A DNA stretch of 63,037 bases, counting the filler. It is 6 parts of 6 records of this genome, joined end to end, with 100 filler letters (N's around TTAATTAATTAA, not from the genome) between each part and the next. Parts side by side here need not be neighbours in the genome. Positions count along the whole stretch, not along the records: positions 1 to 19,086 come from SRR31156797_3985; positions 19,187 to 27,704 come from SRR31156797_3986; 4 more parts are not named here. One strand, 5' to 3'. The notes under the pieces are model-generated. The model ran no database searches. It worked only from the letters and a program-made list of their open reading frames with translations, and had not been told where the DNA came from. Made by a program: the position numbers and the translations under genes. Position 1 is the stretch's first letter, and each line of letters begins with the position of its first letter. Shown one piece after another: positions 10,295-20,362 of this stretch.

Positions 10295-11065
10295 ATGAAA
10301 AACATCCATAAACCGCTGCTGATTTTCCTTTGTACAATGCTGATTTTCACGATATTCAATTCGTGTGAAGATGATGACACTGATAACACACCACAACCTG
10401 TGGAACAAAACTCAGGTACGCCATGCCCCGGAACAGAAACGATTAATTATGGCGGGCAAACTTATCATACGGTTCAAATTGGAGATCAATGTTGGATGCG
10501 AGAAAACCTGAACATCGGAACCTTCCTGCTTTCGGCAGATACCCTGAAAAACAACGACACCATCGAAAAATACTGCTATAACAACAAGGAGGCTAACTGC
10601 AACAAATATGGCGGCCTTTACACATGGAGCGAGTTAATGAGCTACAACGACTCGGTGAATCAGGGTATTTGTCCTGATGGATGGCATATCCCAACTGATA
10701 ATGACTGGACCATACTTGAATCCGGACTGGACAGTATTTACGCCATTAACGACACGATCTGGAACACAAAAGGCTGGCGGGGGAGCAATGCCGGTGGGCG
10801 TTTGAAAATGAGCAGTATGGAACTTTGGTATAATCCCAATTCAGGCGGCGAAAACACTGCAGGGTTTACTGCTGTCCCTGGTGGAATACGGTATGCCGGG
10901 GACCAGAAATTTGACCTGGAAAACTGCGCAAATTATTTATGGAGTTCCACCAAAATCAACGAAACCGATGCCTGGTTCAGATTATTGTCTTATACCCACG
11001 AAGATATCCGGCGTAGTCATACACATGCAGCAAATGCATTTTCGGTGAGATGTATAAAGAATTAA
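10295..11065 (+). CDS. FISUMP (Fibrobacter succinogenes major paralogous domain) lipoprotein
   Basis: Lipobox IFNSC; motifs YHTVQIGDQCWMRENL, YGGLYTW, GICPDGWHIP, FSVRCIKN. Confidence 0.92.
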   Translation: MKNIHKPLLIFLCTMLIFTIFNSCEDDDTDNTPQPVEQNSGTPCPGTETINYGGQTYHTVQIGDQCWMRENLNIGTFLLSADTLKNNDTIEKYCYNNKEANCNKYGGLYTWSELMSYNDSVNQGICPDGWHIPTDNDWTILESGLDSIYAINDTIWNTKGWRGSNAGGRLKMSSMELWYNPNSGGENTAGFTAVPGGIRYAGDQKFDLENCANYLWSSTKINETDAWFRLLSYTHEDIRRSHTHAANAFSVRCIKN

Positions 11066-11256
11066 ACATGCGCACAAAGTTGTGAATTACCTGATTTAAG
11101 GTTTTCGACTTCGAATTTTAGAATAAAATAAAAATTAAACAGTGAATGGAATAAGTTGAAACAACACATAAATGATCGTACCTTTAATCACGATTATATC
11201 GAAATAATAGCAAGTACATTTTTGAGAAACAATATTTTAAACCAAAACAATTTATC

Positions 11257-13776
11257 ATGAAACATCTAAACTTTTACATCTTAATGTTAATGTCTGCCTT
11301 TATGCTGGCGGGAGCTACATCTTTGCAGGCTCAAACCAACCAGTACCTCCACTTTGACAGAGTTGACGATTTTGTGATCCTGGAAGGCGCAGGACAGTAT
11401 GTTGCAAATTCAACGGAAATATCCATGACAGGCTGGTTTTACACCGATGAACTGGCATATGGCCAGGGCATGATGGGATTGCGTGACGGAGCCACCGGGT
11501 TTTACCTGATTCAACTTGACAATGGTATTATCGAGTGCCGGCTCTCAGGCACCGATGGCCTTTTTGAGTACGTTGCGCCTCAATTCTCTGTTGTCCCTGA
11601 AGTGTGGCAACATTTTGCATGGATATATGACGGCAGCACAATATCGCTGTACATCAACGGCATTATTTCCGGCTCAGCATCAGCATCAGGCGTTTTGACC
11701 AATGCCGATCTGCCTTTTGCCATAGGCAAGAGTACGCTGGGCGCGGGCTATAATTTTGTTTTTGGTGGCCGGGTTGACGAGGTTTCACTCTGGGACAAAG
11801 CCCTTTCGGCAGCCGAAATTCAGGACATTGTAGACAATGAAATTGAAGACACCCCCGAAGGATTGCAGCTTTATTACAAGTTTAACCAGGGTACCCCCGG
11901 CGGAAACAACACAACCATAACCCATTTAATTTGCGAAACCGGAAGCGGCGAACGCGATGCCGAGTTGATGAACTTTGCCCTTACCGGTGAAACTTCTAAC
12001 TTTGGCGGCACCCTGAATCCGGGCTACCAGGCCATTAATTTCCCCGCCATCCTGAATCATCTCACCATTGATGAACCATTTACAATCACTGCTGAAGCCA
12101 CATCAGGACTGGAAGTATTTTTCGATATCGAATCGGGACCTGCTACCATCGACGGAAATGTGATCACCCTTACCGGCGAAGAAGGCGAAGTGGTTGTTAA
12201 AGCCAGCCAGCCCGGCAACGGTACTTACGAACCGGCTGAAGATGTGTTTAATTCATTCCTGGTTATCGATCCCTATACCTATGGCCCGGAAGTTGACCTC
12301 CACAGCCCGCTACAAGGCGATGTTTACGATCCAGACCTGGATTATATCCAGCTGGCAACCTATTCAAACATTGACAATACACACCTGTTCTCGATCGGTT
12401 CGGTAGTTTTTGAAATAAATGGCGAAACCATTATTCCGGATTACTGGTATAACGGATACTACACCAGTTACTGGCAGCCACCAGCCTATGGAAATTATCA
12501 GTTGAACGTTGTTTCTACCAACAATTATGGGGCATCTACTACCCAGACCGCTAATATTAACATCACCGGGGATGTGACTGATATGGATGTAACTGTGGCA
12601 GAGGATGAGTGGATATGGACCAGTATCCCTGAAGTTGTTGTTGAGGCTGAACTTCCAAGCTATCAGGGAGCTTTCGACAATATTACAGCTACCCTCACAC
12701 TGGATTGCCCTACAGGAGGCTGTGGTGAATGGGATCGTATAGCACATGTGGAGGCACAGGCCCCCAATGGCGAATGGATAGAAATTATCAGGTATATTAC
12801 ACCCTATGGAACAGCTTGTTCACATACCATGGACGCCACCGATTACATGTGGCTGCTTCAGGGTAAAACAAAGTTCAGGATGTCATGTGTAACCTTTGAT
12901 AACGGCTATTTATGGAACCTTTCATTCTACTACCAGACCGGAACACCGGAATACAAATACAGCACCGTAAACACAGTTTGGCGGCAGGATTATCCGTTTG
13001 GAGATCTGGCCGATCTTCAGCCGGTGGAAAACTATAATTTCACCTTCCCCGATCAGGCCAACGCAGCCACCCTAAAGCTTGTTTCGACAGGCCATGGCTG
13101 GGGAGATAACAACACCGGGAATGCAGCAGAATTTCACGAAGACACTCATCATATCTGGGTAAATGGAAGCGAAACCTTTGAACAGCACAACTGGCTGGAG
13201 TGTAATCCCAACCCGGATGGTTGCCAACCTCAAAACGGAACTTGGTTCCATGACAGGGCCGGATGGTGTCCGGGAGCAATTGCTCCATGGTTCGATTATA
13301 ATATGACACCGTATGTGGCAGGACAAAGTGTGGAACTGGGATACATCTTTGATGAAGATTATGTGGATTATTGTCATCCCAATAACCCGGATTGTGTGTC
13401 CGGTACTACCTGTCCCGATTGTAACGACGGGTTTAATCCTTACCTTGCCGTGGCCTGCAACCTGGTGGTTTTTTCAGACCAGCCCCTACACACCGGAATT
13501 TTTACGAATATCGAGGGCCAGTTTGTTAAGGATGAAGTAAACATCAATGTTTCTCCAAACCCAACATCAGGACTTGTAAATATTACTGTTGATGGAAACG
13601 GTTACACAGAAGACGGATTTATATGGATTTACAACGCTTCCGGAATGCTCATGGATTATATGATATGGGACGGTTTATCAACATCAGTTGACCTGTCAGC
13701 CTATCAGAAAGGCATGTATGTACTAACCCTCCAAACTGATAAAGGCCTGGAAGTTAGAAAAATCAGCGTCCAGTAA
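11257..13776 (+). CDS. T9SS protein: LamG-like lectin + Ig-like domains + PNGase F-like domain
   Basis: LamG motifs (WQHFAWIYDG, FGGRVDEVSLW); PNGase F motifs CGEWDR, EIIRYITPYG, TGHGWG, AAEF, RAGWCPG; CTD SPNPT...GMYVL...RKISVQ. Confidence 0.85.
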   Translation: MKHLNFYILMLMSAFMLAGATSLQAQTNQYLHFDRVDDFVILEGAGQYVANSTEISMTGWFYTDELAYGQGMMGLRDGATGFYLIQLDNGIIECRLSGTDGLFEYVAPQFSVVPEVWQHFAWIYDGSTISLYINGIISGSASASGVLTNADLPFAIGKSTLGAGYNFVFGGRVDEVSLWDKALSAAEIQDIVDNEIEDTPEGLQLYYKFNQGTPGGNNTTITHLICETGSGERDAELMNFALTGETSNFGGTLNPGYQAINFPAILNHLTIDEPFTITAEATSGLEVFFDIESGPATIDGNVITLTGEEGEVVVKASQPGNGTYEPAEDVFNSFLVIDPYTYGPEVDLHSPLQGDVYDPDLDYIQLATYSNIDNTHLFSIGSVVFEINGETIIPDYWYNGYYTSYWQPPAYGNYQLNVVSTNNYGASTTQTANINITGDVTDMDVTVAEDEWIWTSIPEVVVEAELPSYQGAFDNITATLTLDCPTGGCGEWDRIAHVEAQAPNGEWIEIIRYITPYGTACSHTMDATDYMWLLQGKTKFRMSCVTFDNGYLWNLSFYYQTGTPEYKYSTVNTVWRQDYPFGDLADLQPVENYNFTFPDQANAATLKLVSTGHGWGDNNTGNAAEFHEDTHHIWVNGSETFEQHNWLECNPNPDGCQPQNGTWFHDRAGWCPGAIAPWFDYNMTPYVAGQSVELGYIFDEDYVDYCHPNNPDCVSGTTCPDCNDGFNPYLAVACNLVVFSDQPLHTGIFTNIEGQFVKDEVNINVSPNPTSGLVNITVDGNGYTEDGFIWIYNASGMLMDYMIWDGLSTSVDLSAYQKGMYVLTLQTDKGLEVRKISVQ

Positions 13777-13844
13777 AACCGGATACATATCAGGATTGTA
13801 TGATTGGATAACCATTTAATCTAAACATAAGTTCTGTTCAGGAC

Positions 13845-13882
13845 AAAAGAGCAGCGAAACCCATTTTTCGCTGCTCTTTTTT
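13845..13882 (+). terminator. Rho-independent terminator
   Basis: AAAAGAGCAGCGAAA / TTTCGCTGCTCTTTT stem followed by a T-tract. Confidence 0.85.
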
Positions 13883-14144
13883 CGATGGCCTCTATAGTCC
13901 GAACCTCTTGTTGGTCAAAGAGGCATAAAACGATAAGGGCAAATCTGCATTTTTACCCGGTTGATCCGGGCAATTACAAAAACCCAAAACCGGAGACTTA
14001 TCCAAAATATAAAAAATGGCCAGGGCTACACAAAAACACATCATGTGGAAACTTTAATCCATTCCAATGTTCTCAGATCAGGGCAAAGGCGGGCATTTTC
14101 CAACCGAATTTTGATATATTTGGAGATTATTAGCTGAAGTATCA

Positions 14145-16364
14145 ATGAGCGATAACATCTCAAACATACATTCCTTTTCTAAGATCCATCCTGATCTGAC
14201 TCAATCGCTCTATCGCAGCCTGATGTCAACCACTGAATCTGAATTGGCCAAGCGTGGACTTACAGGGCCATTGGTTTATGTGTACATTTTGCTTGCTCTG
14301 CCCTTTATCACAAACATCTATTCCGACAGGCCTGCAGTTTTTATAACCTTTGTATCTGTTATGGTTACTGTAAACCTCGCCAGGTTTTTGCTGATGCTTT
14401 TTTATAAAAAGCTAAAACAGAAAGGGGCCTCATTGTGGGGAAAACTATACATGACACTGTCACTTTTGGTTGCCATCATCTGGGGTGCATTTTCAGGGAT
14501 GATCGTGTTATGGTATGAACTTTCCATTACGTCTATAACGGTATTACTAATAACCAGCGGTATTTCTGCGGCTGCCATAACCTCCCTTTCTCCCCGGCTC
14601 AAATTATTGGTGGTATATGAGTTTTGCATGATTATACCCTCGATATTCTTTAGTTTTTATGTGGGGAATTTTGAATTGTCGGTTATCGGAGTCATGTTTG
14701 TATTGTTTTTCATTTTTATGTACATGCAAGGCAAAGCCCAATATTACGCCTACTGGAATGCACTGGTAAACAATATTTTACTTAAAAAAGCGAAGGAAGA
14801 TACCGAGGAAGCCAACCGGGCTAAGAGTGCCTTCCTGGCCAACATGAGCCATGAAATCCGTACGCCCATGAACGGCATTATCGGGATGACAAGCCTGCTG
14901 GAAGATACCCGGCTAAACAACGAGCAAAATACGTATGTGGATACCATCAGGGTGAGTGCCGATTCATTGTTGACAATAATCAATGATATCCTGGATTTTT
15001 CAAAAATAGAATCCGGTAAACTCGAACTGGAAATGCAACCCTTTAACCTGCGAAATTGTATTGAAGATGCATTCGACCTGATTTCGCCAAAAGCTGTAGA
15101 GAAGAAGCTGGAACTGATTTTCGAGATGGATGCAGATGTTCCGGTTATGATCACAGGCGATGTTACCCGACTACGCCAGATTGCTGTGAACCTGCTGAGT
15201 AATGCCGTAAAATTCACGGAAAAGGGAGAAATTAAAATTAACGTTAAAAATGCGGGAAAAACCGGTAAAAAATTCATGCTCGAATTTGCAGTATCGGATA
15301 CTGGTATTGGCATCCCTGCAAACAGAATGGAACGACTTTTTAAATCGTTCAGCCAGGTGGATGCTTCCACTACCAGGGTTTACGGGGGAACAGGATTGGG
15401 CCTTGCCATCAGCAAACATCTAACTGAGCTTATGGGTGGCAAAATCAGGGTTGAAAGTAAGGAAGGCCAGGGAACAACTTTCCATTTTTCCATTACTGCC
15501 GAAAAAGCTGATACGCCTTCAAACGTTGATGTAGACCACTCCATAAAGCTACTCAAAGGCAAACAGATTTTGGTTGTGGATGACAATCAGACCAACAGGC
15601 TTGTACTCGCTAAAATGCTTGAATCATGGGATTTGAACCCCGTTTGTTGGGGTACAGCACAAGACGCTTTAAAAACACTTTCAGGAAACCAAAAATTCGA
15701 TCTTGCCCTGTTTGATGTGCAAATGCCTGAAATGGACGGTCTTGGCCTCACAAAAGCCATTCGAAATATTGAGCACAGGAAAAATCTGCACATTATCCTG
15801 TTAAGTTCAGTTCACCAAACAGATATCGATTTTAAGTCCATCGAAAACCTCTATTCAGCGTTCCTGACCAAACCTGTTAAGAAAAACCAGCTGCTGAAAG
15901 TTATGCTACAGGTGCTGGGGCATAACATCGAACTTACACGCAAAAAAACTGTGAAGATTGATAAGAAGCTGGGTGAGCGAAATCCACTCCGGATTTTGAT
16001 GGCTGAAGACAACCTGATCAATCAAAAGGTAGCTATCAATTTACTGAATAAAATGGGCTACAAACCCGATGTTGTGGCTAATGGCCTTGAGGTGATTGAT
16101 GCACTTGAAAGGCAGTTGTACGACGTAATTCTGATGGACCTTCAAATGCCTGAAATGGACGGGTTGCAATCAACCGGTGTAATCATCAAACGATGGCCGG
16201 AAAAATCAAAGCGCCCCAGGATTATCGCATTAACTGCCAACGCCATGAAAGAGGACCGGGATAGAACGCTTAAAGCAGGCATGGATGATTACGTGAGCAA
16301 ACCCATCAACCTTAACGATATTACCGAAGCCCTGAGCAAATGCAAACCCATTGGGCGCCACTGA
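14145..16364 (+). CDS. Hybrid sensor histidine kinase (multi-TM sensor, HisKA, HATPase, two receiver domains)
   Basis: [16 protein letters not shown]-box; N, G1 and G2 boxes; two REC domains ([19 protein letters not shown]); TATATTTG promoter element at 14115-14122. Confidence 0.95.
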   Translation: MSDNISNIHSFSKIHPDLTQSLYRSLMSTTESELAKRGLTGPLVYVYILLALPFITNIYSDRPAVFITFVSVMVTVNLARFLLMLFYKKLKQKGASLWGKLYMTLSLLVAIIWGAFSGMIVLWYELSITSITVLLITSGISAAAITSLSPRLKLLVVYEFCMIIPSIFFSFYVGNFELSVIGVMFVLFFIFMYMQGKAQYYAYWNALVNNILLKKAKEDTEEANRAKSAFLANMSHEIRTPMNGIIGMTSLLEDTRLNNEQNTYVDTIRVSADSLLTIINDILDFSKIESGKLELEMQPFNLRNCIEDAFDLISPKAVEKKLELIFEMDADVPVMITGDVTRLRQIAVNLLSNAVKFTEKGEIKINVKNAGKTGKKFMLEFAVSDTGIGIPANRMERLFKSFSQVDASTTRVYGGTGLGLAISKHLTELMGGKIRVESKEGQGTTFHFSITAEKADTPSNVDVDHSIKLLKGKQILVVDDNQTNRLVLAKMLESWDLNPVCWGTAQDALKTLSGNQKFDLALFDVQMPEMDGLGLTKAIRNIEHRKNLHIILLSSVHQTDIDFKSIENLYSAFLTKPVKKNQLLKVMLQVLGHNIELTRKKTVKIDKKLGERNPLRILMAEDNLINQKVAINLLNKMGYKPDVVANGLEVIDALERQLYDVILMDLQMPEMDGLQSTGVIIKRWPEKSKRPRIIALTANAMKEDRDRTLKAGMDDYVSKPINLNDITEALSKCKPIGRH

Positions 16365-16369
16365 TCACT

Positions 16370-16933
16370 TTATTTGTTGTTGTAGAGATTCATGGTGCGT
16401 TGTGCACCAACAAAAACAAAACTCTTTATCATTTCAACAGCCTGTGGTATTTTCCCGAGCATAACTTTCTCTTCTGATTTCGTCCACTTCCCAAGCACAT
16501 AATCCACCTGGTATCCGGGTGCAAAGTCCCTGCCAATCCCAACACGCAACCTTGAAAAATCGTTGCGGCCAAAGGTTGAAATGATATCATTCATGCCATT
16601 ATGAGTCCCTCCGCTTCCTTTGGTTCGCATTCGCATAACGCCGGTTTCCAGATCCAGGTCATCAAAAACCACCAATGTATTTTCGATGGGCACATTTTCC
16701 TTCTCCATCCAGTATCGCAGCGCCTTTCCGCTGAGATTCATATAAGTTGTAGGTTTGATCACGACAAGCTGTCTACCTTTAAAACGAGGTTTCGACACCA
16801 TCGCGAGCCTGTCGGTTTTAAAATCCGACTTCAACTCCTGTACCATAGCATCTGCAACTATGAACCCGATATTATGTCGGGTATTGGCATATTCGTCGCC
16901 GATATTTCCGAGTCCGGCAATGAGGTATTTCAC
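16370..16933 (-). CDS. pth: Peptidyl-tRNA hydrolase
   Basis: GLGNIG..YANTRHNIGF, KPTTYMNLSG, GGTHNG, RLRVGIG; GTG start. Confidence 0.97.
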   Translation of the reverse strand: MKYLIAGLGNIGDEYANTRHNIGFIVADAMVQELKSDFKTDRLAMVSKPRFKGRQLVVIKPTTYMNLSGKALRYWMEKENVPIENTLVVFDDLDLETGVMRMRTKGSGGTHNGMNDIISTFGRNDFSRLRVGIGRDFAPGYQVDYVLGKWTKSEEKVMLGKIPQAVEMIKSFVFVGAQRTMNLYNNK

Positions 16934-17080
16934 GAGCGTTTGGTTATTGTGTTATTTGTTCATTGTTATCTGTGGATTGTAGTTCGGGCATACCAACCCG
17001 TGCAATTATTTGCTATCCGAAACGCTTTAAAAGTTGGTTATCATCGATAAACCAATAACAGATAAAGGTTAAATTAAATC

Positions 17081-17123
17081 AAAAAACAAAAGGTACAAAG
17101 CGTGCAGCCCTGTACCTTTTTTT
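17081..17123 (-). terminator. Rho-independent terminator after rplY
   Basis: Minus-strand stem AAAAGGTACAGGGC / GCTTTGTACCTTTT followed by a T-tract. Confidence 0.75.
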
Positions 17124-17141
17124 ATCATTAGATTTTTAAAT

Positions 17142-17795
17142 CTATTCTTCTTTTTTGGCCTCGCCTTCGCCACCTTCAGCTTTACCTTCTTCGCCTTCAG
17201 CTCCTTCTTCACCTTCAGCTCCTTCTTCCATTTCTTCTTCTTCCTCTTCAACTGCACGCTGGGTTTTAACTGCTGCTGCTACGGAAGTTGGTGGATCAAG
17301 GAATGTGATATTCGGACGCTTGAGGTCTTCAATCTTAACCGAATCGTTGATACCGAGTTCGGTAATATCCACAACAATCTCATCAGGTAAATCCTTTGGA
17401 AGCGCACTAATTGTAAGTTTCCTGTATTTCCTGAACAAACGTCCTCCTTTCAATATCCCTTTTGAAGTACCTGTGTAACGCAGTGGTACCGCAATGGTAA
17501 CCGGTTTATCATCAAATATTTCGACGAAATCAACGTGCAAAATATTGTCTTTTACCGGATGGTACTGCACATCCTGCAGGATACAATTGTAGGTTTCTTT
17601 CCCAACCTCAAGTTCCAGAACGTAAGTGTGAGGTGTAAAAATTACTGGTTTAAAGTCTTTTTCGGGAATCGAAAACTGGATTTGCTTTTCGCCGCCATAT
17701 AACACACAAGGTACTTTTCCTTCCCTTCTGAGTTTCTTAGCATCTTTTTTCCCTACGCCCTCGCGGAGAGAGCCGCTCAATTTTAATGCTTTCAT
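17142..17795 (-). CDS. rplY: 50S ribosomal protein L25/Ctc
   Basis: LRREGKVPCVLYG and QYHPVKDNILHVDF motifs, TL5 C-terminal domain, acidic tail; lies between prs and pth. Confidence 0.97.
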   Translation of the reverse strand: MKALKLSGSLREGVGKKDAKKLRREGKVPCVLYGGEKQIQFSIPEKDFKPVIFTPHTYVLELEVGKETYNCILQDVQYHPVKDNILHVDFVEIFDDKPVTIAVPLRYTGTSKGILKGGRLFRKYRKLTISALPKDLPDEIVVDITELGINDSVKIEDLKRPNITFLDPPTSVAAAVKTQRAVEEEEEEMEEGAEGEEGAEGEEGKAEGGEGEAKKEE

Positions 17796-17826
17796 TTGAA
17801 TTAAAAATTTAAAATTTATAAATGAA

Positions 17827-18768
17827 CTATAACATCGTTAAGAACTCAAAATGAGTACTTATCGATTTATTCTTATTCACACGTTTAATCACATCAGCAA
17901 AAATATGTGCCGTGGATAATGTGGTAATTTTACCCTCTTGATCCCGCTTAATGGTATCGGTTACCAAAACCTCTGCCAGTGCCGAATCTTCGATAAGTTG
18001 CACGGCATTTGATGAAAATACCGGGTGCGTACACATAGCCCGTACAGAATTTGCCCCCTCATCTATCATCATATTTGCAGCAGTGGTAATGGTCCCGGCA
18101 GTATCGATAATGTCGTCCACCAATACGATATCTTTGCCTTTTACATCTCCAATAATTCTTAGCGACCCAATTTCATTTGCCCTTTTACGCTGCTTAAAAC
18201 AAATCACCAGATCGGTATCCAAAAATTTAGCGTATGCTGCAGCCCGCTTTGTTCCGCCTGTATCCGGGCTTGCCATAACAAGATTTGGCAGGTTCATTTT
18301 CATGAGGTGGGGGACAAAAATGGATGAAGCATACATGTGGTCAACCGGAATGTCAACAAATCCCTGAATCTGGTCAGAATGAAGATCCATGGTAATGATT
18401 CGGTCAACACCGGCGGCGACCAACAGGTTAGTGATCAGTTTAGCACCTATTGAAACGCGGGGTTTGTCTTTACGATCTTGACGGGCAAACCCAAAATAAG
18501 GTATTAAAGCCACAACACGTTTTGCCGAGGCACGTTTTGCAGCATCAATCAAAAGCAATAATTCAAACAGGTTATCGGCTGGTGGGTTGGTCGACTGAAT
18601 CAGGAAAACGTCATTTCCGCGAATGGTTTCCTCAAAAGAAGGCTGATACTCGCCGTCTTTGAAATGGGAAATCTTTACATTTCCGAGCTCAGAACCATAG
18701 GCTTTTGCAATTTTTTCAGCCAGGTATTCTGAACTGTCACCGGAAAAGATGTTGACTGTTGCCGCCAT
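17827..18768 (-). CDS. prs: Ribose-phosphate pyrophosphokinase
   Basis: PYFGFARQDR, DLHSDQIQGF, VDDIIDTAGT. Start placed at ATG 18768, downstream of the promoter element. Confidence 0.97.
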   Translation of the reverse strand: MAATVNIFSGDSSEYLAEKIAKAYGSELGNVKISHFKDGEYQPSFEETIRGNDVFLIQSTNPPADNLFELLLLIDAAKRASAKRVVALIPYFGFARQDRKDKPRVSIGAKLITNLLVAAGVDRIITMDLHSDQIQGFVDIPVDHMYASSIFVPHLMKMNLPNLVMASPDTGGTKRAAAYAKFLDTDLVICFKQRKRANEIGSLRIIGDVKGKDIVLVDDIIDTAGTITTAANMMIDEGANSVRAMCTHPVFSSNAVQLIEDSALAEVLVTDTIKRDQEGKITTLSTAHIFADVIKRVNKNKSISTHFEFLTML

Positions 18769-18803
18769 GATATTGAACAATTTAGCTTTTGAATTTGAGG
18801 CTG

Positions 18804-18880
18804 CAAAATTAGTAGAAATTCCATGCATCGACAATTAATTTATCAATTAATATAAAATTAACGAAAAACATTTACTTTTG
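18804..18880. promoter_or_regulatory. Divergent Bacteroidota -7 promoter elements (prs and tRNA-Leu)
   Basis: TAATTTTG on the minus strand (18804-18811) and TACTTTTG on the plus strand (18873-18880). Confidence 0.65.
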
Positions 18881-18938
18881 CACCCTCAAAAAAGGAGGGA
18901 TCAAAGATTACTCCTCAGAAGTTCTTAAAATAGTATCT

Positions 18939-19021
18939 GCCCGAGTGGCGGAATTGGTAGACGCGATGGTCTCAAAAACCATTGGACTTTGTCCGTGCCG
19001 GTTCGATTCCGGCCTCGGGTA
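18939..19021 (+). tRNA. tRNA-Leu (anticodon CAA)
   Basis: GCCCGAG/CTCGGGT acceptor stem, D-loop GGAATTGGTAGAC, anticodon arm ATGGT-CTCAAAA-ACCAT, long variable arm, GGTTCGATTCC T-loop; CCA not encoded. Confidence 0.96.
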
Positions 19022-19036
19022 CTAAACAACATACCT

Positions 19037-19076
19037 AAAGCCCTGATTACGAAAGCTTTCAGGGCTTTTGTTTTTT
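19037..19076 (+). terminator. Terminator-like hairpin after the tRNA
   Basis: AAAGCCCTGA / TCAGGGCTTT followed by a T-rich tract. Confidence 0.7.
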
Positions 19077-19086
19077 GGTGGGGTAA

Positions 19087-19186
19087 NNNNNNNNNNNNNN
19101 NNNNNNNNNNNNNNNNNNNNNNNNNNNNNNTTAATTAATTAANNNNNNNNNNNNNNNNNNNNNNNNNNNNNNNNNNNNNNNNNNNN
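19087..19186. other. Artificial contig linker
   Basis: N44-TTAATTAATTAA-N44 (stop codons in all six frames). Confidence 0.99.
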
Positions 19187-19187
19187 G

Positions 19188-19376
19188 CTACAGATTCTTA
19201 TGCTGGGGGGACTGTTTATCCTTTCGACCATTCTGGTTTTCGGGGGTATCGCACTTCTGGCCGGGACCATTGGCCAATGGCTGAATCGTTCCCATAAAGC
19301 CCAGAAGATCATGAATCGTGTGGCGGGTACCGTTTTTGTGGGTCTTGCCCTTAAGCTGGCTACCACCGAGCGGTAA
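19188..19376 (+). CDS. LysE/RhtB-family translocator, C-terminal fragment
   Basis: Manual translation: LQILMLGGLFILSTILVFGGIALLAGTIGQWLNRSHKAQKIMNRVAGTVFVGLALKLATTER*. The 5' end is cut by the contig edge. Confidence 0.8.
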   Translation, partial: LQILMLGGLFILSTILVFGGIALLAGTIGQWLNRSHKAQKIMNRVAGTVFVGLALKLATTER

Positions 19377-19525
19377 CAAAGGGTGGTTTATCCCCAGTGG
19401 GAAGTCGGTATGTTTCCCATTGTATTATGTCTTTTTCTTTGCCCGAAACAGGACTTTCAGGTATGGTGCGTCTGTTTGCTGAATTCAGGTATGATTTGGA
19501 AATCTTATTGGATCGTTTTGACTTT

Positions 19526-20362
19526 ATGAACCGTATAAAAGACCATTATCAACGCTTTTGCAGGTCGTTCATCCCTCTGGGACTGCTGATTTTTTTTCTC
19601 TCCCGGGTTTTTGCTGTGGACCCGGTGCAGGAATCCCATGCGGGTGGGGATGCTCAAGCGTTTCCGGATGCGCAATGTTGCTCCGAACCATTCCTTGAAC
19701 TCACTCCGAAACAATTGTCCATCAGCTTGTGGGCTCGGGACGTTGTGGCGGCTAAGGTCGGCGGCAAGGTCCCCCGTCAGGATACCCGTAACCTGGATAC
19801 CCTCTATGGGGAAGCCGCGGTGGCCGATAACAATCTTAAAAAGATGACCCGTAAAATTGCGGAATGTACCGGAGGAACTGCGGTTTTCCCCCCGGGCGGC
19901 GGGTTGAAGGGGAAAAAAAGGGCCAGGGAGAAAATTGAAGTGGAATTGGGCGGGGATGCTTCCATGCTGATGGATATTTCCCGCAGCTCCATCGAATATG
20001 ATGACGTTGATCAGGTTTATGGAGCACTGGAATTCATATTACGGCAGGAGTATGAGGTTGTCCGTGTGAAAGATCGGGCGCTGGAACCTTTGCCCAGCGG
20101 GTTCTGGGATATCCATTTGAACCTGCGTATGCCCAATGGGCATATTGCCGAACTTCAGTTGCACCTGCGAGAGATCCGGCAGTACAGTATTGAGCAGGGA
20201 CATGATCGCTATGAGCAAATTCGAGATATGGAAACCAGGGTTTTCCGCGAAAACAGGCCCCTTACACCGGAGGAACGGGCAACCATTGATCGTATAAACT
20301 GTGAACAGCGACGGATTTACCAGGCAGCCTTTCAAAGGGGTCAGAAAGGGAAGGGTCCTTGA
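19526..20362 (+). CDS. RelA/SpoT-like (small alarmone synthetase-type) nucleotidyltransferase with an N-terminal signal/anchor
   Basis: Motifs LKGKKRAREKI, MDISRSSI, RVKDR...SGFWDIH, AELQLH, HDRYE; hydrophobic N-terminus FIPLGLLIFFLSRVFA. Start chosen at ATG 19526. Confidence 0.75.
   Translation: MNRIKDHYQRFCRSFIPLGLLIFFLSRVFAVDPVQESHAGGDAQAFPDAQCCSEPFLELTPKQLSISLWARDVVAAKVGGKVPRQDTRNLDTLYGEAAVADNNLKKMTRKIAECTGGTAVFPPGGGLKGKKRAREKIEVELGGDASMLMDISRSSIEYDDVDQVYGALEFILRQEYEVVRVKDRALEPLPSGFWDIHLNLRMPNGHIAELQLHLREIRQYSIEQGHDRYEQIRDMETRVFRENRPLTPEERATIDRINCEQRRIYQAAFQRGQKGKGP

Noticed and set aside
13885-14133. 82-aa ORF upstream of the hybrid kinase
   Set aside because: No motifs, and it overlaps the predicted kinase promoter. 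Probably intergenic.
17142-17250. GAEGEE-type repeats at the rplY 3' end
   Set aside because: Ordinary acidic low-complexity tail of L25/Ctc proteins.
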